Shown one piece after another: positions 23,690 through 38,700 of a stretch of 64,000 nucleotides of DNA. Every line of letters begins with the position of its first letter. Position 1 is the stretch's first letter. The translations under genes were made by a program, and so were the position numbers. The DNA comes from Fimbriosthenelais zetlandica (taxonomy: Eukaryota). The notes under the pieces were generated by a model, which worked only from the letters and a program-made list of their open reading frames with translations, ran no database searches and was not told where the DNA came from. The stretch is from NCBI GenBank assembly GCA_977030845.1, contig OZ365109.1:61008001-61072000 (forward strand), written 5' to 3'.

Positions 23690-24501
23690 CAGTGGAGTCC
23701 GCCTATAACGAAGCGATTGGTTCCAGCACTTTAATTCGTTATAACCGAAATTTCGCTATAAGCGTTTAGAGTAACTTAGTGTCCCTATCAGCCGCTAGGT
23801 GGGGGTGCACGCAGTAATAAGCCTAACAGGGGATTACAAGACATGATTACATGTGGAAAGAAACTGTATTATGCGAAATACATCTCTTTAAATACACTGA
23901 CTGCTAAGCTAACCATTATGAAATATCTTTGTGGAATTCTTATTTGATTTTTTTTTTAACCAAATGGAAGTTTAACTTCAATTTACCAAACCCACGCTGA
24001 CCCGTCTCACCTGGTCAGTCGGTGGTGCCCGGGAGTCTGGTTGTTGGGATTGGGGACTATTGTCTGAGCTTTGATGTGGGATTAAGTTATGTCATGGAAG
24101 CTTTGTTTTAGCAGAGGGTGGGGGTTCAGGCGTGGGGACTGACTCATGACACTTGTATCACAGGTGATTGTAGAGGGGTTCTTTGAGTTTGAGGTGGGTG
24201 GGTAGGGGTGTTTGTGTGGGTGGAGTGACGTGTGAGTTCAGTACTAACGAATTTTAAGCTGAAGCCCTTCCTACTACAGAAGAAAACCTTTGATGAGGTG
24301 TCCGACTTCGTTATAGGCGGATTTTTTTCTCAATTTGTTCCTGAAATCACTTCGTTATAAGCGGGAAATTCGCTATAGCCAATTCGTTATATGCGGACCA
24401 AATTACATTAGATTTAACAGGGAATGAATCGGTTCTTGGGATTCAGTTCTTTATAACCGAAATTTCGTTTTAAGCGTGTTCGTTATAGGCGGACTCCACT
24501 G
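23690..24501. mobile_element. Non-autonomous Tc1/mariner (pogo/Tigger-like) DNA transposon, 812 bp
   Basis: Perfect 23-bp TIR CAGTGGAGTCCGCCTATAACGAA; TA target duplication at 23688-23689 and 24502-24503; subterminal TTCGTTATA repeats; no transposase ORF. Confidence 0.9.
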
Positions 24502-25899
24502 TATCACAGTCACTATTTGTGTGAGCTAATCTCAATGAGCTGTCATAAGGACCAGCCGTGTCTCCTTCCACCGTAGCTTTCTCATATGACAAACACGTAT
24601 CAAGTACCTGAGTGGAGAGTTTCTGCTAGGATACGAGAAAGCCTAATCTTAACACCTTAATCTTATTTGTGAGTTCTTGTCAAAGACATATCTGTAGCCA
24701 ACCCTCCTGTTTATGATTGTAAAGCAGTGGAATAAGTCCCAGTCTTTTCTTGTAGTCTTCAATGTTCTCTAACAAAATCCGAGGAAGGTCAGGAAGATAT
24801 GAACCAGTTTGCAATAAGAATGTGTATTCAATATTGAAATGATTCTAGTTATGAAGGTTTTAACAGCTTTGAAGTTTAATCTGTTTAAACTAATCCTATA
24901 CTAACCAGGGTGAGCCTGTTTTTCACCCACTTAAGACTTTCAGTCACTCTGCTCAGGTCAAAGCATGAACGTTTTCCTCCTGTGAATTATAGCCGATTAA
25001 CAATTCTGAACTATAGAGCAAGAACATAATCTGTTTCGCTACCTTATTAGCCTACCACCCATGAGTCTACGGCCACTGGATCACATATAGCACTTATTAT
25101 GTCAAGGGATTTATTTATAATAATTCCTGAGTAATCTAGTTACCACTGACTGGAAAAAAATAATGTTAAAGATGTTTTAACTGTTGTAGATACATGCTTG
25201 TGTATATTATTGATAGAAGGTTGATCAATGTGCAATGTACATTTCAAGTACGGTATAATTGGTATAGGCCTACTTAGATTTCATACACTGAAAGTTTCAA
25301 GGCCAACTGCTTTGCTCTAAAGTAAATCCATGCGTCAGGTAGTATATGTCTGGTAATATTATTAAGTTTAATGTGAAAACAGCAGTACATTATTTTGACT
25401 TTTAATTTCTTTTCTGCCTAACTGAACGTATATCCTAGTGATTATGAATAGAAATAACCCAGCCAATCTCAGGCGAAATTTAAAATAAATGGATAATACG
25501 ACAATATAAGCACTTTCTTTTCGGTACATAAATTGATCATTTTGATGTTATATGAATACAATACAAACATTAATCACAATGTATAAAAATAAATGTAAGT
25601 TACCAACCTGTGACTTGGTAGGTGATTGTTTTCTATATCCAAGGAGTTTTTGCTTGGCACTGGTCTCCGGTATCAATGACCACACAATGAGTGGAAAAGG
25701 ATTGATATGTAGTGAGGTACTGGTAGAGGCCGTGGGTTGGCAACTACTGTTAGCTTCTTACTAGCTATAATATAGCTTGCCTGGGGTCGCTTTTACATAG
25801 GTTCTCCCTATGTGTTCCTGCGTGAAAGCTTCGACCTGTGGTGACTTGTGAATTGTGTTAAAGGGTTTTATCATAGCCTAGCAACCTTCATCAAGCTGT

Positions 25900-26045
25900 G
25901 GAATGGATGAATGGATGGATGGCTTACTTTTCTATGTTGTTTCTGGAGGAACGGATTTATGAGGGAATAGGCACACACTAGGTAGATAGGTGGATGGATG
26001 GGTGGGTGAATGAGGGATGGTTGTGTTGATGGAAAGATGGATGGG
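25900..26045. repeat. Degenerate (GGAT)n microsatellite patches
   Basis: tggaatggatgaatggatggatgg and ggtggatggatgggtgggtgaatgagggatgg...gatggatggg. Confidence 0.5.
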
Positions 26046-28035
26046 TCGAGTCCAAGGAGGTTATACATGAGGTATTGGTTTCAAGAAACTTGGGTTTGGG
26101 CAAGTCGAATAACAATAGATATAATTGGTGAGGGTGGCTTTACTTGGGCGTAATAGGCAAAGTATTGGGCGGAAGCCAATGTAACGAAATCAATATATCA
26201 TGTAGATTATATTTCCATTAGCTATAGTCTGTTTGACTCTTGATGAATGATAGTTTGTTATATTATATATAGTCTGATCCCTTGTGTATTTATCATCATA
26301 ATAATGTTTTTTTTTATTTGCACGAAAAGAAATTGTCGCTGGAAATTAATACACGGTAAACCCATAGAATACATTTATAATCTCACGTAGATGAGATCTA
26401 ATTAAGGGTTTTCTTAAAGGGCAGGTTAAGGACCAAGATTGGCCAGTGACGGTTGCATCGAAATGGGGACCTAGCTATCCCCTTTTTATATTATCCATAC
26501 CAACGTGTGAGTAGACTATAGTGGTACGAATCTTGCCACTTTATGTCATCATTCTCGGAGGTTGGACCTGATTTGTCCCTTAATCTGTGTTTCCCATATT
26601 TGATAACCCTGCAGCTATTACAGAGACAGATATATGGTAGATATTGAGTGGAATGGACAACACTCAGGCCAATCCCAGCAAGCCAGCATTGAGCCGAATA
26701 TAGACATATTTACCATACATCCCTCTACTATCATCCTGCTGTCACCGAGGTAAAGCTGACCTTTCTCCATCAGTGAGCTCCCATACAGGACAACTATCTA
26801 TAGGCCCTCAATCTTTCAAAATACGTATACATTCTTTCACAATACACCCCAAGCAAATTTACGGAATGATCCACCAGCACATTATCTTATTGCAATTCCA
26901 CTCAAACCTTTTTTTCAGAATGATGTCTTTCAAAACATTAAATTGTTTACAAAGTAAAAGTTTAAAAGCTTTGTTTCTGCTTAATTACAAATGGTTGAAT
27001 CACATGCAATTTTTTTACATTGTATAATAATATTATAATAGATTTATGATGTCAACTAGCTCGCTTTCTGAACTGCAGTGTACATTAGGTATTGGCCTAG
27101 ATAATGACTTGAACAAACGAAAGCATTTTTGCGGTCGCGCTCATGGCACATGCGACTTTTTATAGACGCACCAACCTTGGTGTTTTTGTGCATCGCTATA
27201 GCCGCGAGAGTGTACACCTAGAAAATCTAATCGTCATGTGCACTTGACAGCTGGCTTTTTTCTGAAGTCGCATTCAAGACAAGGAAAACCACTAGCAATT
27301 TTACTGTTCTGCCCACTGCGTAGCACATCAATCGGAGACGTTCATAGTCTGTTCCAGGCATAAATATTATAACAGTATTTTACAATATTGAAATATTGCG
27401 AGGTGGTATTTGTGCAATTTATTTATTGCGCATGTCTCAGTTAGTGATAAAATATTGTCAATAGCAATATAAAAACGGTCACAAATACAGATTGAATGCC
27501 CTCTTATGTAGACCAACCACAAGAGCCTGGACTAACATCCAGTAAATGACTTTGGCGCCCTCTTTGGGCATTTTCCTGGATGTATTGTTTGTTGAGGGGG
27601 AGAAAAGCAGTGATATCTGTCCGCCAACCAGACATGGCCCCGGCACCGATAGCCAGCTCTCCTGGGACCCACTCTGTATTATATAGCAGGTTGTGAAGGG
27701 AAAAAAATCACCAGCCTCGAGGAAAAATCGGAAGACCACAAGAAAAGGAATAACCAAAACGCTACAAGAACGTGCGGGGGGTTACGTCTGACGATGGGTT
27801 ACACATATTTTGTCATAAAATGATGAACGACTGCCATCATAAAAGACCATAATTTTGGTTTTATAATGAGGCAGTTCTAACTCCACTGCCATATATATAC
27901 ACTATAAAATATTTTCCCAGTTTTTATTATAATTATAGGCATAAAACTATCTTTCCAAATTTCCTTTCAACAAACGATACGTTTTTTCTGGCCTAGAAGA
28001 AGCACCAATGCAATATGAAACCATTCTATGTGATG

Positions 28036-28339
28036 GTTACCAAGCAACGAGAGGTCCTTGGGTGTCAAAGAGAAGCATAACAGGACGCGTGACATCGCCT
28101 GTCTTCTTTTTGGAAACGAATTATCCCTGAGCTGACCAAGGGAACAGTGATCTGGCTACCCCATGCATTGTAAAGCAGCTACAGCATATATCTTAGACTT
28201 AAAATGCTAAGATTTCTTTTTGGATACATTATCTGTTCCCTATAGTTAATAATTAGCAACATAAATCAACAAATCAATCACTAGAGATAATAGCCAGACT
28301 TTAGGTTACCGTTGCCAAGCAATGCGTTTTCATAGCAAC
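28036..28339. promoter_or_regulatory. Cluster of three RFX X-box-like motifs
   Basis: GTTACCAAGCAAC 28036-28048, GTTGCCAAGCAAT 28311-28323, GTTTTCATAGCAAC 28326-28339. Confidence 0.5.
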
Positions 28340-29769
28340 ACACGGACCACCATTAAAATCAGCAGGCTTGATATAGTTGGGGTAAGAAGGAAACAAGGAA
28401 AAGTTTGTAATTGGGGATAATCTGAAAAAATGGGTCGTTGCTAAGCAAAACTGGCCCCCTGACTGAGGCCGATCAAAATGCCTAGAGCTACATCTAAAAT
28501 CAAACTTTATGGTATGGTGAATCATTTTGCCAAGTTTCATACTTCAGACATCAAATGCACAATTCTTCCCATATTTTTTTTTAGCTTAACCGCCCCACTA
28601 TAATATTATGTATATGTGCACTTACTTATAAGCACAAACTAATGTATAGGCATGCAGGAAACCTGTGCGGCAGGAAATTACTTTAAACCGTCCATTCCTC
28701 CCACATACTACATTTTTAAACCATTCAGTTCACCCATCCCTTGTACAATTCCACACCTTTCTATCAAATTCCCACGCATAGAAGAAATCAAAGCTGGTGA
28801 ACGAAAAAAGCCTTTATGTTTGTCCATCTACATATGGCCCTGATGGAAAATGCAAAAACCTGGTAGCACTTTGTTTGCAGTGGCTTCTGGCGATTGCTTC
28901 CCGACTCAAACACTGGCTTCAAGATCTCATGTCCCTGCAGCCGCCCCATCATGTATACTGCTCGAGGGTGGGGCACTCACTCTATTCTGACAAATCTCTG
29001 AAATATCTATACCAGTCTATCAGATATGTAGAAGGTTCATTATTTCTCTCATGCTGAGAATATTTGCACGGGGATTTCATTTTGTGGTCAACAATGTCAT
29101 GCCTTTCTACCATGCAGACACCACATTAATACCCACCTTAATTCATTTATCATTTAGGCCTAAGGTCTTTTAACTCGCTTATCCACTTTGTCAACAGGGC
29201 AAAGCATATAACAATTTACTGTATGTATCTTATTGAAGTATCGCTCAAAGATTCTTCAAAGGGACTTATGGGGCATGGGTGACCAGTAGTGAGCCAAGTG
29301 CCCCCAAACAAGGACACATGCTCCAGGCCTGGACCAGCTCCAGTGCTAAACATTCCCTGCTATCTATACCAGAGTCACCCTCACCCCAACTCACTCCAGC
29401 ACCCACCGGCATCCAAACATCAGGTCCTGCCACCAGAAGCAAATAGTTAACAACTAATGGATTAGTACTGTTTGTCATCACTCGGATTGCCTTTAGTTTA
29501 CAGCAGGGTGATCTGGTGAATTTAACTCCTGGTTCACTTCATGCTGCCTTTGTAACACATTGACGACTGCCTGGGAGGATATATATGAATGCCTAGGTGG
29601 CAGCTGCCTCATGAGATGGTGACGCTCTACAGTTGGGCACAAGAACGCGGGGATGCTTCTTGGAGAAGCTGAGAATGGGAACGGACTGAGACTTTAAGAG
29701 AGAGTTCATGCCACTGCTTTGTTTGTGAAAATCAGGGGATAAATCAGACAACATATCGAACAGCGAACA

Positions 29770-32700
29770 ATGGCTTTGTACTGGATAAGAATTGTAACAT
29801 TATTCCAAGGTAAGTTATTGTTTCCCCTATATAATCTTAATTTCAATGCAAAACGCATTCGAAAACTGTAAAGTGCACCTAACGAGCTAGTACTGATAGG
29901 AGATAGAAGTGTATGTAGCCTAAAAAAATTATCATTTATCTGAATTTTAAGCGTTACGAGATTTTGACGTTATCACAAATTGTCTGAATGTTTTCAATAG
30001 ATCTTGTGGTTCGTTCAAATTACAGGTCCAAACATTAACCATGTGAACTTTTACTTTTTAACTGTTTCATATTTTTGAACGAACATATTATTTAACTATT
30101 TAAAACCAAAATGAAAATGGAGCAAGTACAATATGTCGCCCAATGAGCATAGAATCACAAAAGCATTGCTTTATCCCTTATGTAGGCCTATACGTATGTC
30201 ATGCAGGCTCATTAACATCCAATGCCTTTTGTGACCTTTAGTGAAAAAATCATTATGAGAGGGAAATTCTGTATACTACCAGATCGATAGGCCCTATGAA
30301 CCATTCCCAGTTGCAAAGAGTATTGTCCCAGCTTTCCAAATTGGAAATCATAAATCAAGAGGGTTTGTCCTCCTTTTGTTCCTTCCCACATGACTATATC
30401 AAATCTATGCCGCCCGAGCAAGAATGTGTGAGCGAGTTGGGGGTTACTTCCTAATGGACCCGGTGTTTCATTCTAATCATAGTCTTATTTTTCAATTCAT
30501 CCCTTTAATTGGCAAACGCAATAACTTTCATCATCCCCTGGGCATACATGCATTATCTACTCTTGCCTGAAAGCTTACTTCAGAAGTCTTACCCGGATGA
30601 ATCTTTATAGTCTAATAGTTTTGTAGCAGCTCCATTTTACTATGGATTTTAAGGATGAGCAAAATGTGCACTGAAGCATTCAAACTGTCTAATTAATTAA
30701 TGCAAGGATTTTACATTGTACGTGTGGCAAATTTTCCACTCGAATCCCTCGCCCCAAAGTACTATAGTGCCATTTCCTCAATAAAAAACAATTCATTTTT
30801 AAAAGTATATTAAAGTAAAATAAATTGAAATAGAAAAAATACAAAATGGGGTTCATGAATTTCCTCGCAGTGCCCCGAATTATAGAGTGCAAGGACAAGT
30901 CTCGGACATACACGTGTATGTATATTAACTAAAAACATTACTGCACTAGATTAATACCGCCCACAAAACTAAACCAATTTCCCAGCCTCATAATAGGGGT
31001 GCATTTGTGGCCTTTTTACTGCACGATATATCCATTCTTGGAACAGAACTATACATTATTATGATTATACGTGAGAGAGAAAAAGGACGGAAATGGGGAA
31101 TCGTGTCATCAGATGTCATTAGTGTAACTGTCATGTAATGTATTATGATTTATTAATATGACGGGTGTTAATTAATATGTGGAGCTTGTCATTTTCAATT
31201 GCCCTATTTGCACTTGTGAGAACTTCCAGCTGCTAATCACATTAATCACATTAAGGACATATGTATCAACCTTCAAGGTGCATTTTTTGTCAACAATTTT
31301 TGTCAAAAATCAAACCTTAATGTGCAAATGCATTGTTTCATGCATATTGCTTTGTCCCATATAGGCCTACTGCCATAGCCTTGGATCGGGCATTTTCCCA
31401 CATGATCAACAATGTGCTTTGACAAAATGCTAAAAATGCTGCGAAAATATGCGAATGCAAATGGGAGCAGTTTTCTTTGCAAAGTCATCCTTCAGATCTG
31501 TGTCTTTGGCAACACACTTGGAGGACTTGAAAACGATTGATGGAAATTTGATTCAGTCTACGTCATGGTTTCCAGTGCGTTTCACGTGAAAAAAGCCCCG
31601 GAACATTTTAATCGAGAAAATTTTCAAATGAAGAGCATTCATCAGGGTTTTTTCCCACTGACTCAGACACAAAGCTCGGGCCACCTTCGGGGCCTCACAT
31701 GATTGCCTGGAAGACCGCCCAACGACATTTTAGGGAGGATATTAACTGAAGAGATTTAATGACGAAAAACTGAACTTTGATGATATTACTTGAAATCAAA
31801 CTTTTCAACTGCTGACAGTCAATTCTGGATCGATCAGTATCACTGCGGTATTCAGTTGGGCGATATTCGAGGATTTTACCTATTCAATTTATAATGTTGC
31901 AGTTGGGTCATAATAGTTCCCTTATAATATTAAGTTAATGATGCATTCCAAGGTTATTCCTCACATGAAAATCAACATAGTCTAGATTTCTTTTTCTCTT
32001 AGGTGAAAATTACGAAATGTTACCATAGAAATGTTAAATAAAGATCGATTTAGGCTATTTCTGACAATGATAAGACTGTGAGTCACAGCCTCAGAAATCT
32101 AGAGGAATTATAGCTTAAGCAGTCCATGAAACAGTAGATCTATGATGGGCTAATCCACCTAATATAGAACATGTTGTTTGGAACAGATGTCTGGATAATA
32201 ACATGACCCCCATAATGTCTGCATCATGATGAAAATGATCAGTGACATTTGCCAATATTTTTCCTACTCTGACCCACCCATGGAGTTTTTGGTCCCCATG
32301 CCCAATCGACAAAAAGGATTCTGGCAACAACCTTTAGTGACACCCACCAAAGCTCACACAGCAGGTTATTTCATTATGAATATATTTAGTAATAGTCCTC
32401 ATTTCCGTATGAATTTATTGTTGGAATAAAAAAATAAAGGTAGCTATATAGCCTACTACGCGAATATTCCACATGTTTGTAATAGGTTTTCCTATTCTAC
32501 ACCATTCAATGACTTCCGGTCTCAATAATTATTATGTACACAGTACAAGCTACAATTACATGTATGCTTACATGTACATGTAGTATATATTAAATATGCT
32601 TTGGCTAAGTTGGATAAATAGGACCCATGTACTGTAATTTAATATGCCAATAATATCATTATAATGTATTTCAATACCCATATACTTTCTGCCTATAATG

Positions 32701-35700
32701 CTTGCCTATTTCATTTCATTCAGAGATAACCATGTCCCACCCAGAATTTGGCCTGAATGCGGGTGTGCACTCTTGCGAATATATTATTTAATAAAGAATA
32801 CTCAAGCCCTGGAAGGGATGTTGTATTGCGAACTATGCCACTTGACGAAAGGAACATCACAAACCCAACTCCTTGGATTCAAGAATCCCTAATTAACAAA
32901 TTCGATCATTGTTGTGCATTAGGTAAAAGTGCAAAGGGTGTTGTCAGAAACAATTAAATCAGACACAAAAACATCTACCAAAGATATATCTGGATTGAAT
33001 CTCTAGCTAGGAGACGGTCACTCGATCAGGACCCAGTCTCTAAGGTATTGAGATCCTCATCCTCATGGGCCTTGGACCCAATATACACCTACTCGGGACT
33101 GTATGGACCAATCTGCAGGAGACTGTAATACTATATGCTCATAATGCTGATGACTGAAGCCAATCTGCGGGAGACTGCAGATGGCAGGTAATAACATCAC
33201 ATACCCAAATCCTTGGACTCAAGAAACATGGCTAAATGTTGGCCATGCAGAAAATGCATATGCCATCCTTGTCTGGGTATCTTGAAGGGTCTGGATATGG
33301 TCTCCAGAATGTCTGTGGAGACTATAGATTGGCTCATCTCTATAACAATGGGTGATGGGCACCATCACAGTAATGGTGTGGCTGATGCAGTTGATTGCCT
33401 TATGTTTGCAGAAATGCTGTGCAAGCAAAAATATCCACAGATCTGCCAATGACTACACCGTCGATAATTATTGTATACCTATATATAATAGGATGCACCT
33501 ATTTAAAGACATGTTTATAATAATTAACAAGTTCACTTCTTATCAGTAGTAGATCTCCTTATTGGAAAGGGTTTTTAACGTTGTTTCATTTTCAGACCTT
33601 GTAGAATTCGGCAGTTGATACAACAACTATTTTTAGTGTATTTTAAAGGGTTCAGACTCGGACGTGTAAAGTTGCATTGTACATATTATATGAATCTTAT
33701 TAACCCGGTGTTTTTCTGTTTGTTAACCTCCAGTACTGCTACAAATAATCTAATCTATGATTTCAACTGCACAGGGCTGATGAGGACTGATAGTCTCCTT
33801 AAGCAGTAAATGAGTCTAACTTCTCCCCAGTCGGCAAAACCTCGTGCCAATTAATACAAATAAGGAAGTCTGATGGAGGGCGCCACCCAGCCCGCATATA
33901 ACAAGTAGTCTGATTACATGGCCTCAGCCCATTCATCAAATACCCGACACCAATTTCCCCCTAGTTGTGATGGAACTTTTAGTGGCTTTGGCTATTCAAT
34001 CACCACATTCAAGTTTCCAGGAGAAACATTATTCAGCGTTTAAATTTTCACCATTTCCTGCATTGGTAAACATGATAAAGGATAGGATTTATCTTAATCC
34101 CCTTGTAGCTGCCTTCAATTGCCATCCCTCTGTTACATAGGCCAATTTGATTATGGAAACCTTCAAAAAAGCGATAGCAGTTTATCACGGCGGCCTTTAC
34201 AAACAATGGAGGAAACTTAATTTTGCCGGACAAGCCCCTCCTTAGTATTCACGGTTTAGGGAATGGAATGCTTTTGATTTGATAATAACTTATTCTGGTC
34301 ACAATATGGAGATTTCACTATTTCAAGTGAGTAACTTTATAAATAAAATAAATCACAGTCCACAAAGGGAGATATACCCATGCACGTTTAATAAGGATTT
34401 TAATAGAATATAATGTCGTGACAGATTGGGATTTAGAATACCCATGAAGTGATCAGATTCTATCATTATGATAAAGGGCGTGGATCCAGCCTTGTAAAAC
34501 CAGATATCTTCCAATAATATAAGCATCACGATGCCAGACTCTCCAATGTATGCAGCTGTTAAAGGTCATGAATCAGATAAAGTAGTGGCCACGGCAGCTG
34601 GTAACTATAGTCAAATGTAAATCGAGAGGTATTAGTGAGGATCAACTCAGGCACCGAGGCATTACATTGATATGCATGAAGCTCATATATAGCCTAATCA
34701 TTCATTGCAGGGCTATTGTTAAAGTTCTAGGGAGCAGAAATTAATGTGATCACAATTTCCCTTATGAGCCTTGTAATTACTCATCTACAGAGCAGAAAAG
34801 TTACAGAAACCACAGCCTTATACATGGCTTCAATTTCCACTTTTTGGAGAAACATTATAGTTTTAGCCTCGATGTATTAGATATACCTAACGGAACGGCT
34901 AATACGGACAATGAGGAAGGCCTATTGTACATATATGCACGGGACCGAACGGAGGTAATACCGTGAATGTACATCAGAAATATCGCGTTCTGAAGATATT
35001 TTTTTCACACAAGTGTCTCCTCAATCACTTTGGTTGGTCGATCTATAAGAGCCTATAAGCACAGAGCGTGACGACACAAAAGCAAGGCTATTGGTCTCAA
35101 GGCTGTATATACCTTTGTGAATAAGGAAACAGAATATACTCCGATTCATTCATCTCTATACAGAAGAAAGACCTACGCCATGCTCTTTCATACATAGACT
35201 ATAAGTGATCGGTTTTATCCAAACCTTTGAAAGGTTGTTTCATTTATCAGTGGTTCGCCACAACTGTGACAATGTGACACAGTGATGACAGATTAATCAC
35301 TGGGGTGTATTTTTAAGGAAGGAAATAATGATAACTTTCCATTTTCCATGATTAACACAAAGAACCTGGATTTCTTGCATGGCTGTATGTAGTATACGGA
35401 ATTGTTCCTTTGGGGATGGTGGATTAGTCCCACATATTAGAATCTTCTAGAGTATTCCGTGAAGTAGATAAGATTCTTACCACATCAATAACCATGGCAA
35501 ATAACTAATCAATAACCTATTGTGACTAGTGCCTTATGTATATTGCATTGCTAGTATACATGTACATGTGTATGTACTTAGTTAGAACAAATGGGTTCTT
35601 TCAGGCTGTTTGAATAAGAAAACCTAGGCTGATACGGTATTTATCAAGTATACCTCATGGATTTTCAACAAGAAGAGGCAAACGCGAAAATACAGTCTTG

Positions 35701-38700
35701 GCCAGTCTATAACACAGGCCAAATAGAACATCTCATAACACAAGCACTAATGGGAGTTTCCAATGCGATTCACTTTACTTTAATCCTTGACTAGTGGGAC
35801 TCCATCGCGATATTCAGTAGCACAGATAAGCTTCCCCAGGGAGCATACATTTATATCTGCCCACTCATACTAACCTTCTCCTCAAGTCATTCATTGCCCG
35901 ATATGACCGCCCAGTGGTATAAAATCTGGTTACTGGATGTCATAGATGAGGAGAGAGATGGCTGAATAACAACCCCCGAGTCATTACACTCCTGATAATC
36001 ACATTCCCTCTATATGAATACCTGTATAGATCATGCTCACTGATAATATATAGGCTCGTTCCGATTTTAAACAAGAAAATACTACGATTATTGTTTTGCT
36101 CGTCATATTTTATTTTAGCGCAGATCTATCTGGTCGGGAAAGTGGAAAGAATATGGATGATCAACGTGGGGCAGGAAGTAATGGAAGATGGAAGGTTGGG
36201 AAGTTGGTATAGCGAGGTACGGTACTGGAATTAAAAAAAAAATGGACGATGTATCGTGTGTCATGGATCATGCATCCCATCTTTCGGGCGGAACGTATAT
36301 AATCACCTCTCACCTACCTTTATACATCATTTTGTATGGAATGATTGGTGTACCGGTCCTATTTGATTCATTATGGACACGCTATATATCCTACAAATCA
36401 AATATGCTAAGTATATCACCAAATACCCTGTAGAACAACCTGTATGAATTATTATTTCATACCTCAAGTTTATGACATTACCAGACCAGCCATAGGATCC
36501 CATAGCACACCATATTAAATATTAAATATACAATAATACTACAGCCAAATGTCATGTAAAACTTTCCAGTCGTGGCCAAAAGCATACAAGTATGGGAGAG
36601 TCACAGAGCCTGTGTCCGTGACTTTGGGAAGTATAATTGAAAATCAATGTCTCTTCATTGTATTGATTTTTGCCCTTTAGCGATAGCGGAACACAAATTT
36701 AAGTGCCACCTTCTGAACCATTACGCAATAAAAGGCCTTCCTCAGCATTCTTCCAAATGGGTAGTTTCTGCCCCGCATTATCTGTCAGTCTGAAGAGCAA
36801 GACCGGAACTTGTGACAAAGTCTGCGGAGTTTAGATAAACATCAAAACCTCTTTGAAAGCATATTATAGTGCACGCTTCGTTCTATCAGGCCCGAGCTCA
36901 TGCACATGTACATCCATGTTATATGTATAACATTCTGAGTGAATAAAAGCAAAGTAAAAGTTTATTAGAATTCTGGTGGTGAATTTGCAGTCATATATAT
37001 AAAGGAATCACCAAGTTTCTGCCACGAAGACCTGAGTATAGTTAATTAGAGGTTCAGTTTTTGAGGATATCCACCTCTACAAAACATTACCAACAACCAT
37101 TAGAACCAGACAATTAACCATTGGTTAACAACCTAGAAAAAACACTTACAGCCGAAGGCCATGCCATAAACATGTGTCAATTAAAGGACCTGACTCTAGC
37201 AAAATAAACAATCACAAATGGCTAACAACCTAGACTGAGAAAGATTAAAAAATCCCTTATCTCTGCATTGCCCAATATATTTCACCTCATACTATATTGT
37301 CAATGATAGGCTAGCAGTATAGAGTTGGTCAATTTATGAAGAGGGTCAGACCCTATTTTGTGCAAAACTACGCAAAATAAATACGCTGGCAGAAGAAATC
37401 CTCGTTCTATCAGGAAGAAATCCTCTTTCCTGTTTATTTCTCAATATCTAGGTGACATATAAATTACAATGGAAACAGCCTCAAGACTTCGCAATACATC
37501 CTAGTTAAAGGCTAGATCTCAGAGACATGTGCAGTAACGTTACATAACGTTACGTAACGGAACATAAGTAAGGTTACAGTGCCCAAACGTCAAGAAATAT
37601 TCTAAGATGAAAATTGTAGAATGTGCAATAAATTCAATGGAAGTCCTTTAGTTGTAACCAACAATGTACAATGAATGATATTTCACTGCAAATATAAATT
37701 ACAGGTGGTCCTGTAAAATTTACAGTATATATATTAGTTCACGGATTCAGTTCTGTAAAATGAAAAAGGGGAACCCCTTGTAAAATTTAAATAGTAAATC
37801 TTACGGGACTTATTCGCAGAGTATGCTCTGAGGAAAAGAGTTATGTTTTTATCAAAGTACTTGTATAAAGGATGTATAAAAATTGTATATATATATTGAT
37901 GTTCACGTGTAGAAAGGGGTATCGATCTTCACTCCAGCACTGATTCTGAGTATGCCACACCGGAAATAAAAACTTAGAGAGGAAAGCTAGTCAGCTTTTC
38001 AGTTTAAGTGGTGGCAAACAAGACATTGGTGGAGGTCAGATGTTGCGCATCCCACAGGGTATATTACCGCACCGAGCCCTGACATAGCGTGGTGAAATTT
38101 CACGCTTGTCTGATTGGTTACTGCCCCGAGGATGGCCTACCTCCATTTGCAAGCATTTTGTTTCTGGCTGTGAAGGCGGGCTGATCTGTGTAGGCGATCC
38201 GGCAGCATGGGTGAGTGGTTAAGACTAGTTCTGGTTTAAATGGATGGTGCTTGGTGTGGTGAATATATATTGTACATGTCATCTTCAGCAAGTGAAAACT
38301 GGTCCTCACTTCATACACTATAGTATGATGGATAGTGTTCAAAAGCTTGTCTTCAGATACAGATCAAACAAGTTAGAAATAAATATTATAATATTGAAAA
38401 ATATTACAGGTTGGTATGCCTCATTTTATGAGGCAGAAAATTATGATAATGACCTCTGACGATTATGCTCCCTCTTCCCTCAATTCTATTATTGCTTATT
38501 GATTTTCCTGATCTTGCATTAAGTGCTGGGACAGACTGCATAAACTATGTCATACATATGCAGGAGGAACCTGAAGGAAGGCAATCAGTCCCGAGATTAA
38601 TGATTGTAAATGAGGCCTGGGACGAGGCATGAGTAAGCTTATTGCAATTGGTCAATGATCAGCGTGTGCTGAGCACATTTGTTCCTCTCGTGAGGACATA

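Noticed and set aside
33775-33810. Hammerhead ribozyme-like CTGATGAG plus short stem (also CTGATGA at about 62470)
   Set aside because: The required GAAA after stem II is missing in both cases.
38105-38216. Alternative nAChR first exon (CCAAT box, ATGG|gtgagt, phase 1)
   Set aside because: It would give a signal peptide of only about 8 residues and has no other support.
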